DNA of 64,000 nucleotides, from contig OX638340.1 in assembly GCA_951812955.1 (NCBI GenBank), positions 1-64,000 of the forward strand, read 5' to 3'. This DNA comes from an uncultured Gemmatimonadota bacterium (GTDB taxonomy: Bacteria > JAAXHH01). How positions within the stretch are numbered: position 1 is the first letter of the stretch; each line of letters begins with the position of its first letter. Below are positions 45,867 through 54,379 of the stretch, one piece after another. The translations under genes were made by a program, and so were the position numbers. The notes below the pieces were generated by a model that was given only the letters and a program-made list of their open reading frames with translations, searched no databases and was not told the DNA's origin.

Positions 45867-48398
45867 ATGATACTCGGAAAACCGCCATACGCGGCCCGGA
45901 TGCGTAGCAAATCCCCTTTCCTGGCCGGCGTGTTGTTCTCCGCCTGCGTCTTCATCTCCGGAGTCGCGGGACAGGGGTGCGATTCCGGTTCCGAGCCTCA
46001 CCTGAACAGACTGGCCGGAGAAGCAAGCCCCTATCTGCGCGGCCATGCCCGGAACCCGGTGGATTGGTATCCGTGGGGCGCGGAAGCGATCGGACGCGCC
46101 CGCCGGGAGGGGAGGCCCATCTTCCTTTCCATCGGTTACTCGACCTGCCACTGGTGCCACGTCATGGAACGCAGGGTGTTTTCCGACCCCGGTATCGCCG
46201 CTTTCATGAATGCCCATTTCGTGAACATTAAGGTGGACCGCGAAGAACGCCCCGATGTAGATGAGATCTACATGGCGGCCACCCAGCTCATCACGGGCGG
46301 CGGCGGCTGGCCCAATTCGGTGTTCCTTACACCGGAACTCGAACCGTTTTTCGCCGGTACGTATTTCCCGCCGGAGGACCTGCCCGGCCGGCCCGGTTTC
46401 CCCCGGGTGCTGAACCTGTTGAAGGAGGCGTGGGACGCCCGCAGGGATGACCTGGTCGGACAGGCAGGCCGAGTGGCGGAAGCGATCCGGTCGCTTCAGC
46501 GCGACCAGGTCGCAGGAGACGGGACGGCGGTCCTGGACGAAGGAATACTCTCCGGTGCCCAATCGCACCTGAAAACGCGATACGATGCCGAAAACGGAGG
46601 ATTCGGCCCTGCGCCCAAGTTCCCGGCCCCTTTGCGAATTGAACTGGCGCTGAAAGAATACGAACGCACCGGCGACGGATCCCTGCTGTCCATGGCCACC
46701 CATACGCTGGACGTCATGATGAACGGCGGACTGTACGACCACGTGGGCGGCGGATTTCACCGGTATGCTACAGATTCCGGGTGGCGCATTCCCCACTTCG
46801 AAAAGATGTTGTATAACCAGGCAGACCTGGCCCGTGTCTACCTGCTGGCCTTCGAAATTACCGGCGAAACAGCCTACCGGGCCGTAGCCGAAGACGTGCT
46901 CGCCTTCGTCCAACGGGAGATGCGGGACCCCGGGAGCGCTTTCTATACCGCTGTGGATTCCGAGACCGACACCGTTGAAGGGCGTTACTACCTCTGGTCC
47001 GAGGAGGATATCAGGAAAACGCTTGGCGCAGACGCGGACGTCTTTCTGACACACTACGGCCTGGCGCCCATTTCCGGGACGGTCGCCGGAATCCCTGCCG
47101 TGGGTGACGTGGAAGGTGACGCGGTGGGCGTCGTGGATGGAGGCACGATAGGAGACGCGGAAGGAGATGCAGATGGTGACGCGGATGGTATCACCGGCGC
47201 GGGTGTCCTGTACGTAAGAACGGATAGGGATTCGGTCGGACCGCCCGACGGCCTGGATGAGCTGCGTGAAACGCTCCGATCGGCGCGTTCGAACCGAAAG
47301 CCTCCCGTGGTGGACACCAAGGTAATCACGGCCTGGAACGGCCAGATGATCGACGCCTTCGCCTACGCGGGGCTCGTGACGGACAACGGGCGTTACGTCG
47401 ACACAGCGGCGCGGGCCGCGGACTTCATCCTCGACCGCCTCTGGGACGACGGGTCCGGCCTCCACCGGATCTACCTGGAAGGAGCGGTTCATCGGGAAGC
47501 ATTTCAGGAGGACTACGCCTGCCTGATCCAGGGCCTGCAGAGACTGCATGAGGTCAGTGCGGAGCCGCGTTGGCTCGCCGCGGCCGAAATGCTCACGAAC
47601 CGGATGAACGAACGCTTCTGGGATACCGAGCGGGGCGGGTACTTCTTCGCGGAAGGCGGAGAATACCAGATCGTTCGCACGCGAAACGCCTTTGATGGCG
47701 CACGGGCATCCGGGAACGGCATGGCCGCCCGGTCACTGGTCTCAATGGCGCGCCTCACCGGCGACTATCGGTACCGGGCGCGAGCCGCACGCCTGTTCAA
47801 CGCATATGCTTCGTCGATGCATGAGATCCCCGGCCGGTTTACCTCCATGATCCTTGCGCTGCGGGACTATCTACACGACGAACGGATTCCGGTACAAATG
47901 GCTGGCGCGGATGGAGGGTCCCCCGCCGGGGAGCACGGGCGGAACGGAAGGACAGGCCCGGGAGAGGGGACGGACCCTTCGGGTGCGGGATTCGGCGGCG
48001 AACCAAAGGTCGTGGCCCGGCTGAGCGTCGTGGCGGGCCCGCGCGAGGAATCCTTCAACGCGACCGTATCGATCTCCATCGAGGACGGTTGGCACATTAA
48101 TGGCAATACGACTTCTGTCCCGGGACTGGTTCCCACGGCCCTTACTTTCAACGCGGATATCCCCATCGAGGCCGCCGCGATTTCTTACCCACCGGCTGAG
48201 ACGATGCGGTTCGCATTTGCCGACGCCCCGCTGGAGGTCTATCGTGGCGACGTCCGGCTGGGTGCCGATATCGATGTGGATCCCGGGTCCCTGGCGGAAG
48301 GCATGCTACTCTACGCGACCCTCTACTACCAGCCCTGCGACGACGCCGTGTGCCTCGAGCCGGCGGAGATCACGATGTCGGCCCCGATGCATCCGTGA
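45867..48398 (+). CDS. Thioredoxin-domain (DUF255/YyaL-type) protein with (alpha/alpha)6-barrel middle region and a C-terminal DsbD-alpha-like domain (843 aa)
   Basis: '[25 protein letters not shown]...[21 protein letters not shown]' is the DUF255 signature and '[25 protein letters not shown]' marks the barrel. The C-terminal 'GWHINGN...[13 protein letters not shown]' is DsbD-N-like. A signal-like N-terminus suggests the start could be ATG 45900. Confidence 0.8.
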   Translation: MILGKPPYAARMRSKSPFLAGVLFSACVFISGVAGQGCDSGSEPHLNRLAGEASPYLRGHARNPVDWYPWGAEAIGRARREGRPIFLSIGYSTCHWCHVMERRVFSDPGIAAFMNAHFVNIKVDREERPDVDEIYMAATQLITGGGGWPNSVFLTPELEPFFAGTYFPPEDLPGRPGFPRVLNLLKEAWDARRDDLVGQAGRVAEAIRSLQRDQVAGDGTAVLDEGILSGAQSHLKTRYDAENGGFGPAPKFPAPLRIELALKEYERTGDGSLLSMATHTLDVMMNGGLYDHVGGGFHRYATDSGWRIPHFEKMLYNQADLARVYLLAFEITGETAYRAVAEDVLAFVQREMRDPGSAFYTAVDSETDTVEGRYYLWSEEDIRKTLGADADVFLTHYGLAPISGTVAGIPAVGDVEGDAVGVVDGGTIGDAEGDADGDADGITGAGVLYVRTDRDSVGPPDGLDELRETLRSARSNRKPPVVDTKVITAWNGQMIDAFAYAGLVTDNGRYVDTAARAADFILDRLWDDGSGLHRIYLEGAVHREAFQEDYACLIQGLQRLHEVSAEPRWLAAAEMLTNRMNERFWDTERGGYFFAEGGEYQIVRTRNAFDGARASGNGMAARSLVSMARLTGDYRYRARAARLFNAYASSMHEIPGRFTSMILALRDYLHDERIPVQMAGADGGSPAGEHGRNGRTGPGEGTDPSGAGFGGEPKVVARLSVVAGPREESFNATVSISIEDGWHINGNTTSVPGLVPTALTFNADIPIEAAAISYPPAETMRFAFADAPLEVYRGDVRLGADIDVDPGSLAEGMLLYATLYYQPCDDAVCLEPAEITMSAPMHP
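47100..47195. repeat. In-frame low-complexity Gly/Asp/Val repeat insertion in the DUF255 gene
   Basis: It encodes '[33 protein letters not shown]', with reiterated ggtgacgcgg / ggagacgcgg / ggtgacgcgg blocks. Confidence 0.6.
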
Positions 48399-48623
48399 TC
48401 GGGTTGAAGTGATCCGCAAGGAGAGTCCGGCACCGGGAGCGCGGGAGGATCGAGCGCGCCGGGAGCGCGGGAAAGAAGTTGCCGGATCCCCATGTACCGG
48501 TGTACAGTACAGGGATAACCGGGCGCGCATGAGGTTTTGGAACATCGCGATCCACGACCCGCGCCAGAGGTATATACCGTCACGTGGCCCCTTCCGGTCA
48601 CTTCGCCTTACGTACGAACCGCC

Positions 48624-50330
48624 ATGTCTGAAACGAACTTTGATCCCGATCCGCGGCTGAGCGCGCCGATGCGCCGGCATCTCCGTACCCTCGATCTGGA
48701 TACGGTGGATGCCTACAGGAACTGGTGCCGTGAAAACGGATTCAACGCCCGCCTGAACAAGACTCTGCCACAGCGCCGAAAGGAACTGGCCTCGGCGCGG
48801 AGGACCACGAAACAGCATCGGATCGATTCCGAACTCGAGGCGCATATCCGTGCGCTGGCTCTCGGCACGATCGCGGAGTACCAGGCCTGGTGCCGGACGC
48901 ATGGCGTGGGAGACGGCCTTCAGAAGAGCAAGGCCCAGCGGCGCCAGGAGATCACGCTTGCGCGGCAGTCGCGAAACCGCGAGTTCGCCGAGCGGTCGAC
49001 CACCAGCCAGCACAGGCGTCGCCGAAAGGACATGTTGAAACGGATCGCCGCCGGTGAGATCGGCGACATGGAGCTCACCAGCCCCGTTCTGCTCAGGGTG
49101 CATCACCTCTTTCACAACGCGCCGTTCGATCCGGAGGCCAGGACGGCCTTCCTGTCGCTTCTTCTGCACGTCGAAAAACATGGAAGACTTTTTCATATCA
49201 AACCCGCCGTGCCTCAATACGGGCCGCAGCCGTACAACAATTTCGTGGACGGACTCGCGTCGCTGGCCGCCTGGCATGACCGCTGGATCCGGAAGGTCGA
49301 GGACTGGAAACCGGATAGCCACAACGGAAGGCGGCAGTTCGGCGCGTTGGCGCGCCATCTCCTGGCCGAATACGACGTGCCGTCGTGCATGGATACGGCG
49401 TACTTCACCGGATTGGATCCAGGCGCGAGAATCCGGCAGGGTTGGTTCGTTCACGTCGGTGGAGGCAAGAACATCAGGAAGGCTTCCATTCCGTTGCGAT
49501 TTACGAAGCGCATGGCCCACGAATTCATCGTTTCCGCCCCGTCTCAATACACGGTGGACGCGGCCCTTCGCTGGGCACAGGTGATCGGGATGGGAGGAGA
49601 CGACCTGTTAGCGGAGGCGGTCTGCGACTCGATGCTTGGGGAAGCGGTCGGGGAGGAGCCTTTCTGGGAGACCGTCCTGCACTTTTTCGTGAACAATCCC
49701 ATGCTCGACGTGGCGCATGTCGGTCCGATCATCGATTATGTCCATCACCAGCGGCATGTCGGTCAGGAGCGGCGGAATCCGGACGGAAGCGTTCGTCTCA
49801 TCGATCCCCCCGATCCGGATTTCACCATGAAGGGCCGTACGCCCGAATCCATGTTGCGGCGGGTGGAAGCCTGGCACGCCTCGATATCCAAGGCCTCGGT
49901 GAAGACGCCCAGAACCTGGCCGTCGTCCGGGATCCAGGGATTCGAGTGGGTGGATGAGGACGAAAGGGCGGGCGAGATCCGCAATTGGGCGATCGAGGAG
50001 GTTCTCAACGAACGGGCCCTATCGGAAGAGGGCAAGGCCATGCGGCATTGCGTGGCCACCTACAGGACCTCGTGCGCCAACGGCCACCGGTCCATCTGGT
50101 CATTGAAGGTGAGTTACACGAGTTCCGGCACCGTTCGCCGCGTCCTGACCATAGAACTGATCAATAACAGGAGGTACATCCGGCAGGTGCGCGGCAAAAG
50201 CAATTCCCGGCCCCTGGACGCCCACAGCGGTCGCGCCCAGGAAGGGTGGGACGTATTGCTCCGGTGGGCAAACCAGGAAGGCCTGACGCTACCTAGGGAA
50301 GGGTCGCCGTTCATGAGGAGATTGCATTAG
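48624..50330 (+). CDS. PcfJ-like domain protein (568 aa) with a duplicated N-terminal ~38-aa motif
   Basis: Trimmed to ATG 48624. The C-terminal 'EGKAMRHCVATYRTSCANGHRSIWSLK...TIELINNRRYIRQVRGKSN' resembles the PcfJ-like family, which has an invariant Cys. The N-terminal tandem motif is described in findings. Confidence 0.55.
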   Translation: MSETNFDPDPRLSAPMRRHLRTLDLDTVDAYRNWCRENGFNARLNKTLPQRRKELASARRTTKQHRIDSELEAHIRALALGTIAEYQAWCRTHGVGDGLQKSKAQRRQEITLARQSRNREFAERSTTSQHRRRRKDMLKRIAAGEIGDMELTSPVLLRVHHLFHNAPFDPEARTAFLSLLLHVEKHGRLFHIKPAVPQYGPQPYNNFVDGLASLAAWHDRWIRKVEDWKPDSHNGRRQFGALARHLLAEYDVPSCMDTAYFTGLDPGARIRQGWFVHVGGGKNIRKASIPLRFTKRMAHEFIVSAPSQYTVDAALRWAQVIGMGGDDLLAEAVCDSMLGEAVGEEPFWETVLHFFVNNPMLDVAHVGPIIDYVHHQRHVGQERRNPDGSVRLIDPPDPDFTMKGRTPESMLRRVEAWHASISKASVKTPRTWPSSGIQGFEWVDEDERAGEIRNWAIEEVLNERALSEEGKAMRHCVATYRTSCANGHRSIWSLKVSYTSSGTVRRVLTIELINNRRYIRQVRGKSNSRPLDAHSGRAQEGWDVLLRWANQEGLTLPREGSPFMRRLH

Positions 50331-50336
50331 ACGTGT

Positions 50337-50391
50337 AAAGCGACGGCATATGGGCGGCCGCGTTGGAAGCGGCAAGGTATGCCGTCGCTTT
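50337..50391. terminator. Perfect 14-bp inverted repeat 7 nt after the PcfJ-like stop codon
   Basis: AAAGCGACGGCATA (50337-50350) pairs with TATGCCGTCGCTTT (50378-50391) around a 27-nt loop, and the right arm ends in TTT. Confidence 0.5.
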
Positions 50392-50569
50392 GTGATTGGG
50401 TATGCTCCCGCGGGGCGCCGGAGTCATACCGAATCCTTTGACCATTGGCAGGCAATCGATCGTGCCCGTGATGCGATCACAGGTCTCGTTTCCTGCCCTG
50501 TACTACACCATTAGACGCCGAAATGCAAAAAAAGATGCACTAAATCGCTCATCGGGCACCTGATCCCGC

Positions 50570-51130
50570 ATGCGCCAATCCAGGGACCTTTCGGGAATGC
50601 CATATATCGAATCAATAACCTTTCTCGCCGCGATCACAGGCTTTGCCGGGTTGACCGCAAATATGGTCCTGGTCGCGGCAAACCGCCACCGGCGATATCA
50701 CATGATTCCGGTCGCTCTGATCGTTTTCGCCCATGTCCTTCTCGTCTGGCACTTCAGGTACGAATGGGAGATCGCCCAGGCCACGAGAAACGGCTACGCG
50801 GGGTTCGTGATATTTCATACCGCCCTGCTGGGCATCCTGTCCGCCCCGCTGGTCGGAAGCCGGCTGGCAAGGCGGCTCGTGGCCTTCTCGTTCTGCGTCG
50901 CCGCCATGGGCGCCAGCGGAGCCGTACTGCGCTACGAAGAAGTGGCGATCTATCGCCTGCCGGTTCTTGTTTTCGACCTCGCGGGACTAACCGCGCTGGC
51001 CTATTGGATGTTCAGGCCATGCGGACCAGCGAACGAGTTTTACAGACGGTATTTTGGCGTGAACCGGTACGAAAGGGAACCGGGCCGCAGCGTAGGGGCT
51101 GAAAACCGGCAAAACGACCGGGGAGACTGA
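50570..51130 (+). CDS. Hypothetical membrane protein (~5 TM, 186 aa)
   Basis: Hydrophobic helices are 'ITFLAAITGFAGLTANMVLVAA', 'MIPVALIVFAHVLLVW', 'FVIFHTALLGILSAPLV', 'LVAFSFCVAAMGASGAV' and 'LPVLVFDLAGLTALAYW'. I recognise no family. The start may be ATG 50597. Confidence 0.55.
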   Translation: MRQSRDLSGMPYIESITFLAAITGFAGLTANMVLVAANRHRRYHMIPVALIVFAHVLLVWHFRYEWEIAQATRNGYAGFVIFHTALLGILSAPLVGSRLARRLVAFSFCVAAMGASGAVLRYEEVAIYRLPVLVFDLAGLTALAYWMFRPCGPANEFYRRYFGVNRYEREPGRSVGAENRQNDRGD

Positions 51131-51162
51131 ATCGACCACAGCGATCCGGGAGGGGATGCTAG

Positions 51163-51972
51163 ATGATGAACCTGGCTGAACAGAAGGCCTTTTTCGAGGA
51201 AGAGGGATACCTGATCGTCGAGGACCTGCTGTCGGAAGACGAATTGGCCGGATGCCGCGAGGAAATCGAACGGCTGCACCGGTTTTCCGCGGAACTCGAG
51301 GCCGCCGGCGATCCGAGATCTTCGCGTTTCCAGCGCGAACCCTACGCGAAGGGCGCCAACCGTGCGGACGGCCTGCCCGTGCTTCGGAAAATCGAAAACA
51401 CGCGGGAAACCTCGGCGTTTTTTCGCGATCTCTCCGTCCATCCGAACCTGCTTAGCGTGGTGGGAGGGCTGCTCGGTCCCGACCTGCTGCTGTTCCGAAG
51501 CACCCTGATGCTCAAGCCGGCTTTTCACGGCTCCGCACACGCGCCGCACCAGGATTCGGCCTACTGGCCGATAGAACCACCCGTGCTCGTAACCGTCAGC
51601 ATTGCCCTGAACGATGCCACGACCGAGAACGGCTGTTTCTACGTCATCCCCCGAAGCCATACCTGGGGCATGAAAGACTGGGGACATATCGCACAGGCGC
51701 AGGATACGGAGCCGGCGCATGGGCACGACTTGAAGGAGGCGCCCCAGCTCGAGGTGCCGCTGAAGGCTGGAAGCGCGCTGTTTTTCCACAGCCTGATGGT
51801 GCACGGATCCGGTCCCAACAGGTCTCCCGATCCACGCAATACGGCGCTTTACGCCTACTTTCCGCCCGGCGTCCGCTACGTTCCGGGGGAAGGCAGCCCC
51901 AGGGTGAAAACCTATCCGGTGGCGTGCGGTCTGGACGGAAAGAAGACCTTCACGCTTGAGGCCGCGGGTTAG
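51163..51972 (+). CDS. Phytanoyl-CoA dioxygenase (PhyH) family oxygenase, second copy
   Basis: 'FFEEEGYLIVEDLL', 'PHQDSAYW' (HxD) and 'GSALFFHSLMVHGSGPNRS' are present. Confidence 0.8.
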   Translation: MMNLAEQKAFFEEEGYLIVEDLLSEDELAGCREEIERLHRFSAELEAAGDPRSSRFQREPYAKGANRADGLPVLRKIENTRETSAFFRDLSVHPNLLSVVGGLLGPDLLLFRSTLMLKPAFHGSAHAPHQDSAYWPIEPPVLVTVSIALNDATTENGCFYVIPRSHTWGMKDWGHIAQAQDTEPAHGHDLKEAPQLEVPLKAGSALFFHSLMVHGSGPNRSPDPRNTALYAYFPPGVRYVPGEGSPRVKTYPVACGLDGKKTFTLEAAG

Positions 51973-52216
51973 GGTCGTATTCCGGTTCCGTTACGGCCAT
52001 GCTTGCCTACAAACACACATTTATCGATTTATAGTTCCGGTTACAATAAAAATAAACTATATTATAATTATAAATCACATTTAATGATGGCATCCCGGGT
52101 CCGAAGCGGAACGCCATGGCGAGGGCGATTGGCAGGCAAACCAAGCTCCCGCAATGGATGCCGTCCTTATCGGTTCGTTTTCCTGAGACCAGTCAGCACC
52201 GAGTCGGGGAGATTTC

Positions 52217-52396
52217 ATGCGAAACACAGAAGCGCAACAGATCAACGCGGCACTGAATGAATTGCGTGGAGAACTACGCGAGGTAGTCATCCTGTTGTCG
52301 ACGATAGCCAGGTACATAGACGATTTCCGGTACGAGACGCACAAGTTGAACCGGTACTTGCGGAGAATCCCCCGCGAAGATCAGTCCGGGGCCTGA
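52217..52396 (+). CDS. Small ORF (59 aa), below the ORF-track cutoff; hypothetical helical protein
   Basis: ATG 52217 lies 5 nt after GGGGAG (52206-52211), and the stop is TGA 52394-52396. The product is 'MRNTEAQQINAALNELRGELREVVILLSTIARYIDDFRYETHKLNRYLRRIPREDQSGA'. The only evidence is the RBS and an open frame. Confidence 0.4.
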   Translation: MRNTEAQQINAALNELRGELREVVILLSTIARYIDDFRYETHKLNRYLRRIPREDQSGA

Positions 52397-52519
52397 CCCG
52401 CGGTTCCAAGCTGTCCGCGCTGCAGGTGCGCCCCCGTGCTGACCGTGCGATCCATGGAACCCTTGCCGTCCTTGCCCGTCCTTGCCGTCCAGACGATACG
52501 CACCTTCCGTGAGCTTCCT

Positions 52520-53530
52520 ATGTACTATGACCAGGGTTCGTTCGATATTCGATGCGAGTGGGGTGAGGAAGGGCTTCAGGAACTGCTGTCCGGCAGCAGG
52601 GCCGTGGTCATCGTCGACGTCCTGTCGTTTTCCACCAGCGTAGACATCGCGGCGGGCAATGGCGCCCTGGTCTACCCGTGCCGAACGAGGGACCATACGG
52701 CGGCTGCCTATGCCCGGTCGCGTGACGCGCTGTTGGCCAACACCACCCGGGAATTCGAAGGAGGCGGATATTCTCTGTCCCCTTCGTCCCTGGTGAACAT
52801 TCCCGCCGGTACCGCCCTGGTCCTGCCCTCTCCCAACGGGTCGACGCTCTCCCTGTCGACCGGCGATACGCCGACATTCGCGGGTTGCCTAAGGAACGCA
52901 ACGGCCCTTGCGGGCATTTTGCGGCGATACGGAACCGGCATCAGTATAATCCCCGCGGGAGAACGGTGGAAGGAACAACAGACGCTCAGACCGGCGATCG
53001 AAGACCTGGTCGGCGCGGGGGCCGTCATTCACGCGCTGGAGGGCTCCCGTTCACCGGAGGCCGAAACCGCCGCCAGCGCATTTGCGGCGTTCAAGGATGA
53101 CCTGCCGTCGGTCATTGGCGCATCGGGGTCCGGCAAAGAACTGATAGGCAGGGGTTTCGAGGAAGACGTGCGGCTGGCAGCGGCCCTGGACGCGAGCGAC
53201 AGTGTTCCGGTTCTGAAGGATGGGCCTACCGGTCGTCCCGCGAATCCGGCGTCGTGGAGTTGTGACTGCAATGCGGTCTTTGCGGCGGATTCCTTACACT
53301 TCGTAAGCCTTCCACGCACCCAGGCAACCGTGCCCTCGACGGACGTGAAGAAGCCGTTTTCCGGGCTCGGCGATGTACCCGGAAATCGAGTGCATCCCGA
53401 CCGCGCCGTGCCGGCAGATCCCGCTCGGGTCGTTCTCGTGATCGGCCAGAATCTCCTTGATCGTGTCCACGTTGATCGTCCCCCAACGCGACCGGACAAG
53501 CTGCCGGATGCGGTCCAGGCGCGGACATGA
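52520..53530 (+). CDS. 2-phosphosulfolactate phosphatase (ComB) family protein with an anomalous ~100-aa C-terminal tail
   Basis: 'AVVIVDVLSFSTSV', 'SPNGS', 'IIPAGERW', 'EDLVGAGAVI' and 'DVRLAAALDASDSVPVLKDG' match the ~235-aa ComB fold. The frame then stays open to 53530, antisense to the next gene. The start is uncertain (52436, 52454 or 52520). Confidence 0.6.
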   Translation: MYYDQGSFDIRCEWGEEGLQELLSGSRAVVIVDVLSFSTSVDIAAGNGALVYPCRTRDHTAAAYARSRDALLANTTREFEGGGYSLSPSSLVNIPAGTALVLPSPNGSTLSLSTGDTPTFAGCLRNATALAGILRRYGTGISIIPAGERWKEQQTLRPAIEDLVGAGAVIHALEGSRSPEAETAASAFAAFKDDLPSVIGASGSGKELIGRGFEEDVRLAAALDASDSVPVLKDGPTGRPANPASWSCDCNAVFAADSLHFVSLPRTQATVPSTDVKKPFSGLGDVPGNRVHPDRAVPADPARVVLVIGQNLLDRVHVDRPPTRPDKLPDAVQART

Positions 53531-54325
53531 GTCGGGCAGGTGTCCGGATTCGTGATCGGCGAACTCGGAAGTCAGGTAATGGTTGGTATGCAGGCAGGCG
53601 TCCGGATGGGCGTCCTGGTACCGGGCAATCCCTTCGGGCCGTATTTCCACGGTATCGATGCTTCCCTGTCCGTCGCACAGTACCAGGTTGGCGGCCGAGC
53701 AGGTGCGGTGCCTGGCAAGAAGTCCCACGCAGTCCCCGACCGTCCGCTGTTCCAGGACCAGACGCTTGATCGGGTAGTGGGGCAATCCCATCCGCCACGT
53801 ACATCCGTAGAGGGCATTGGCGAAATGGGCTACGCCGTACTCGTTCATTCCTGAATAACCCAGCTGCCCGGCGAATGTGAACATCAGCGCACGGGGCCGG
53901 CCATCGCAGGGTTTTACCCGCAACAGGATCGCGACATCGGCGTATTCCGGCTCTAGATCCTGGTTTTGTCCGGCCAGCGTGTTCCCATCCGCTGTTGCCG
54001 ACCGCGTGAGCGCGAAGGCGGTACAGGCCCCGACCGCCATTTGCGCGGCTTCGGCGCGGGCCTGGCACAGCACGGCTTCCTCCAGGCTGATGCCCGCGCC
54101 AGCCGCCAGTCCTCGCACCTCTTCGGCGAAGGCAGGACTCAGTTGCTCGAACAGCGGCCAGAAACCCATGGCGTTCCGGCACAGCGCATCCCGGGGCCTC
54201 CCGGTCAGCCGCTCGATCCAGAGCAGGTACCGCTGGACGGGACCGGCTGCCTGCGCGCCATGCTGGTAACCCATTTCGTAGCCGCTGCCTTCGACTTCAA
54301 TCAGGGGGAAAGTATGATCGTTCAT
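53294..54325 (-). CDS. Peptidase C45 family (acyl-CoA:6-aminopenicillanic-acid acyltransferase-like Ntn hydrolase)
   Basis: 'IEVEGSGYEMGYQHGAQA' is the N-terminal family motif and 'VGACTAFAL' is a candidate Ntn Cys. 'NQDLEPE', 'GMNEYGVA' and 'HTNHY' are also present. Confidence 0.75.
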   Translation of the reverse strand: MNDHTFPLIEVEGSGYEMGYQHGAQAAGPVQRYLLWIERLTGRPRDALCRNAMGFWPLFEQLSPAFAEEVRGLAAGAGISLEEAVLCQARAEAAQMAVGACTAFALTRSATADGNTLAGQNQDLEPEYADVAILLRVKPCDGRPRALMFTFAGQLGYSGMNEYGVAHFANALYGCTWRMGLPHYPIKRLVLEQRTVGDCVGLLARHRTCSAANLVLCDGQGSIDTVEIRPEGIARYQDAHPDACLHTNHYLTSEFADHESGHLPDSCPRLDRIRQLVRSRWGTINVDTIKEILADHENDPSGICRHGAVGMHSISGYIAEPGKRLLHVRRGHGCLGAWKAYEV

Positions 54326-54379
54326 GGTGCTCTCCTCCGGTTTTGTCCGGGCCCGGTCTGACTGCCGAGCAAAGTGCCT

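Noticed and set aside
52089-52162. A 74-nt element closed by a 7-bp helix, which is tRNA-sized.
   Set aside because: It has no T-arm (no GTTCRANYC-type loop and no complementary 5-bp stems at the expected positions), no D-arm pattern and no 3' discriminator/CCA context. I kept it only as a possible structured leader.
52130-52190. Riboswitch-like words: 'GGCAAACC' (reminiscent of c-di-GMP-I/GEMM) at 52134-52141 and 'CUGAGA' (TPP box) at 52183-52188.
   Set aside because: These are isolated short matches. The second GEMM hairpin/receptor and the TPP 'ACCUGAUCUGGAUAAUGCCAGCG' half are absent. Without a covariance-model search they are not evidence.
52003-52260. 85-aa ORF starting inside the AT-rich patch ('MPTNTHLSIYSSGYNKNKLYYNYKSHLMMASR...').
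   Set aside because: Its composition switches from AT-rich-derived Asn/Tyr/Lys to GC-derived Arg/Pro/Gly and there is no RBS. It conflicts with the better-supported small ORF at 52217.
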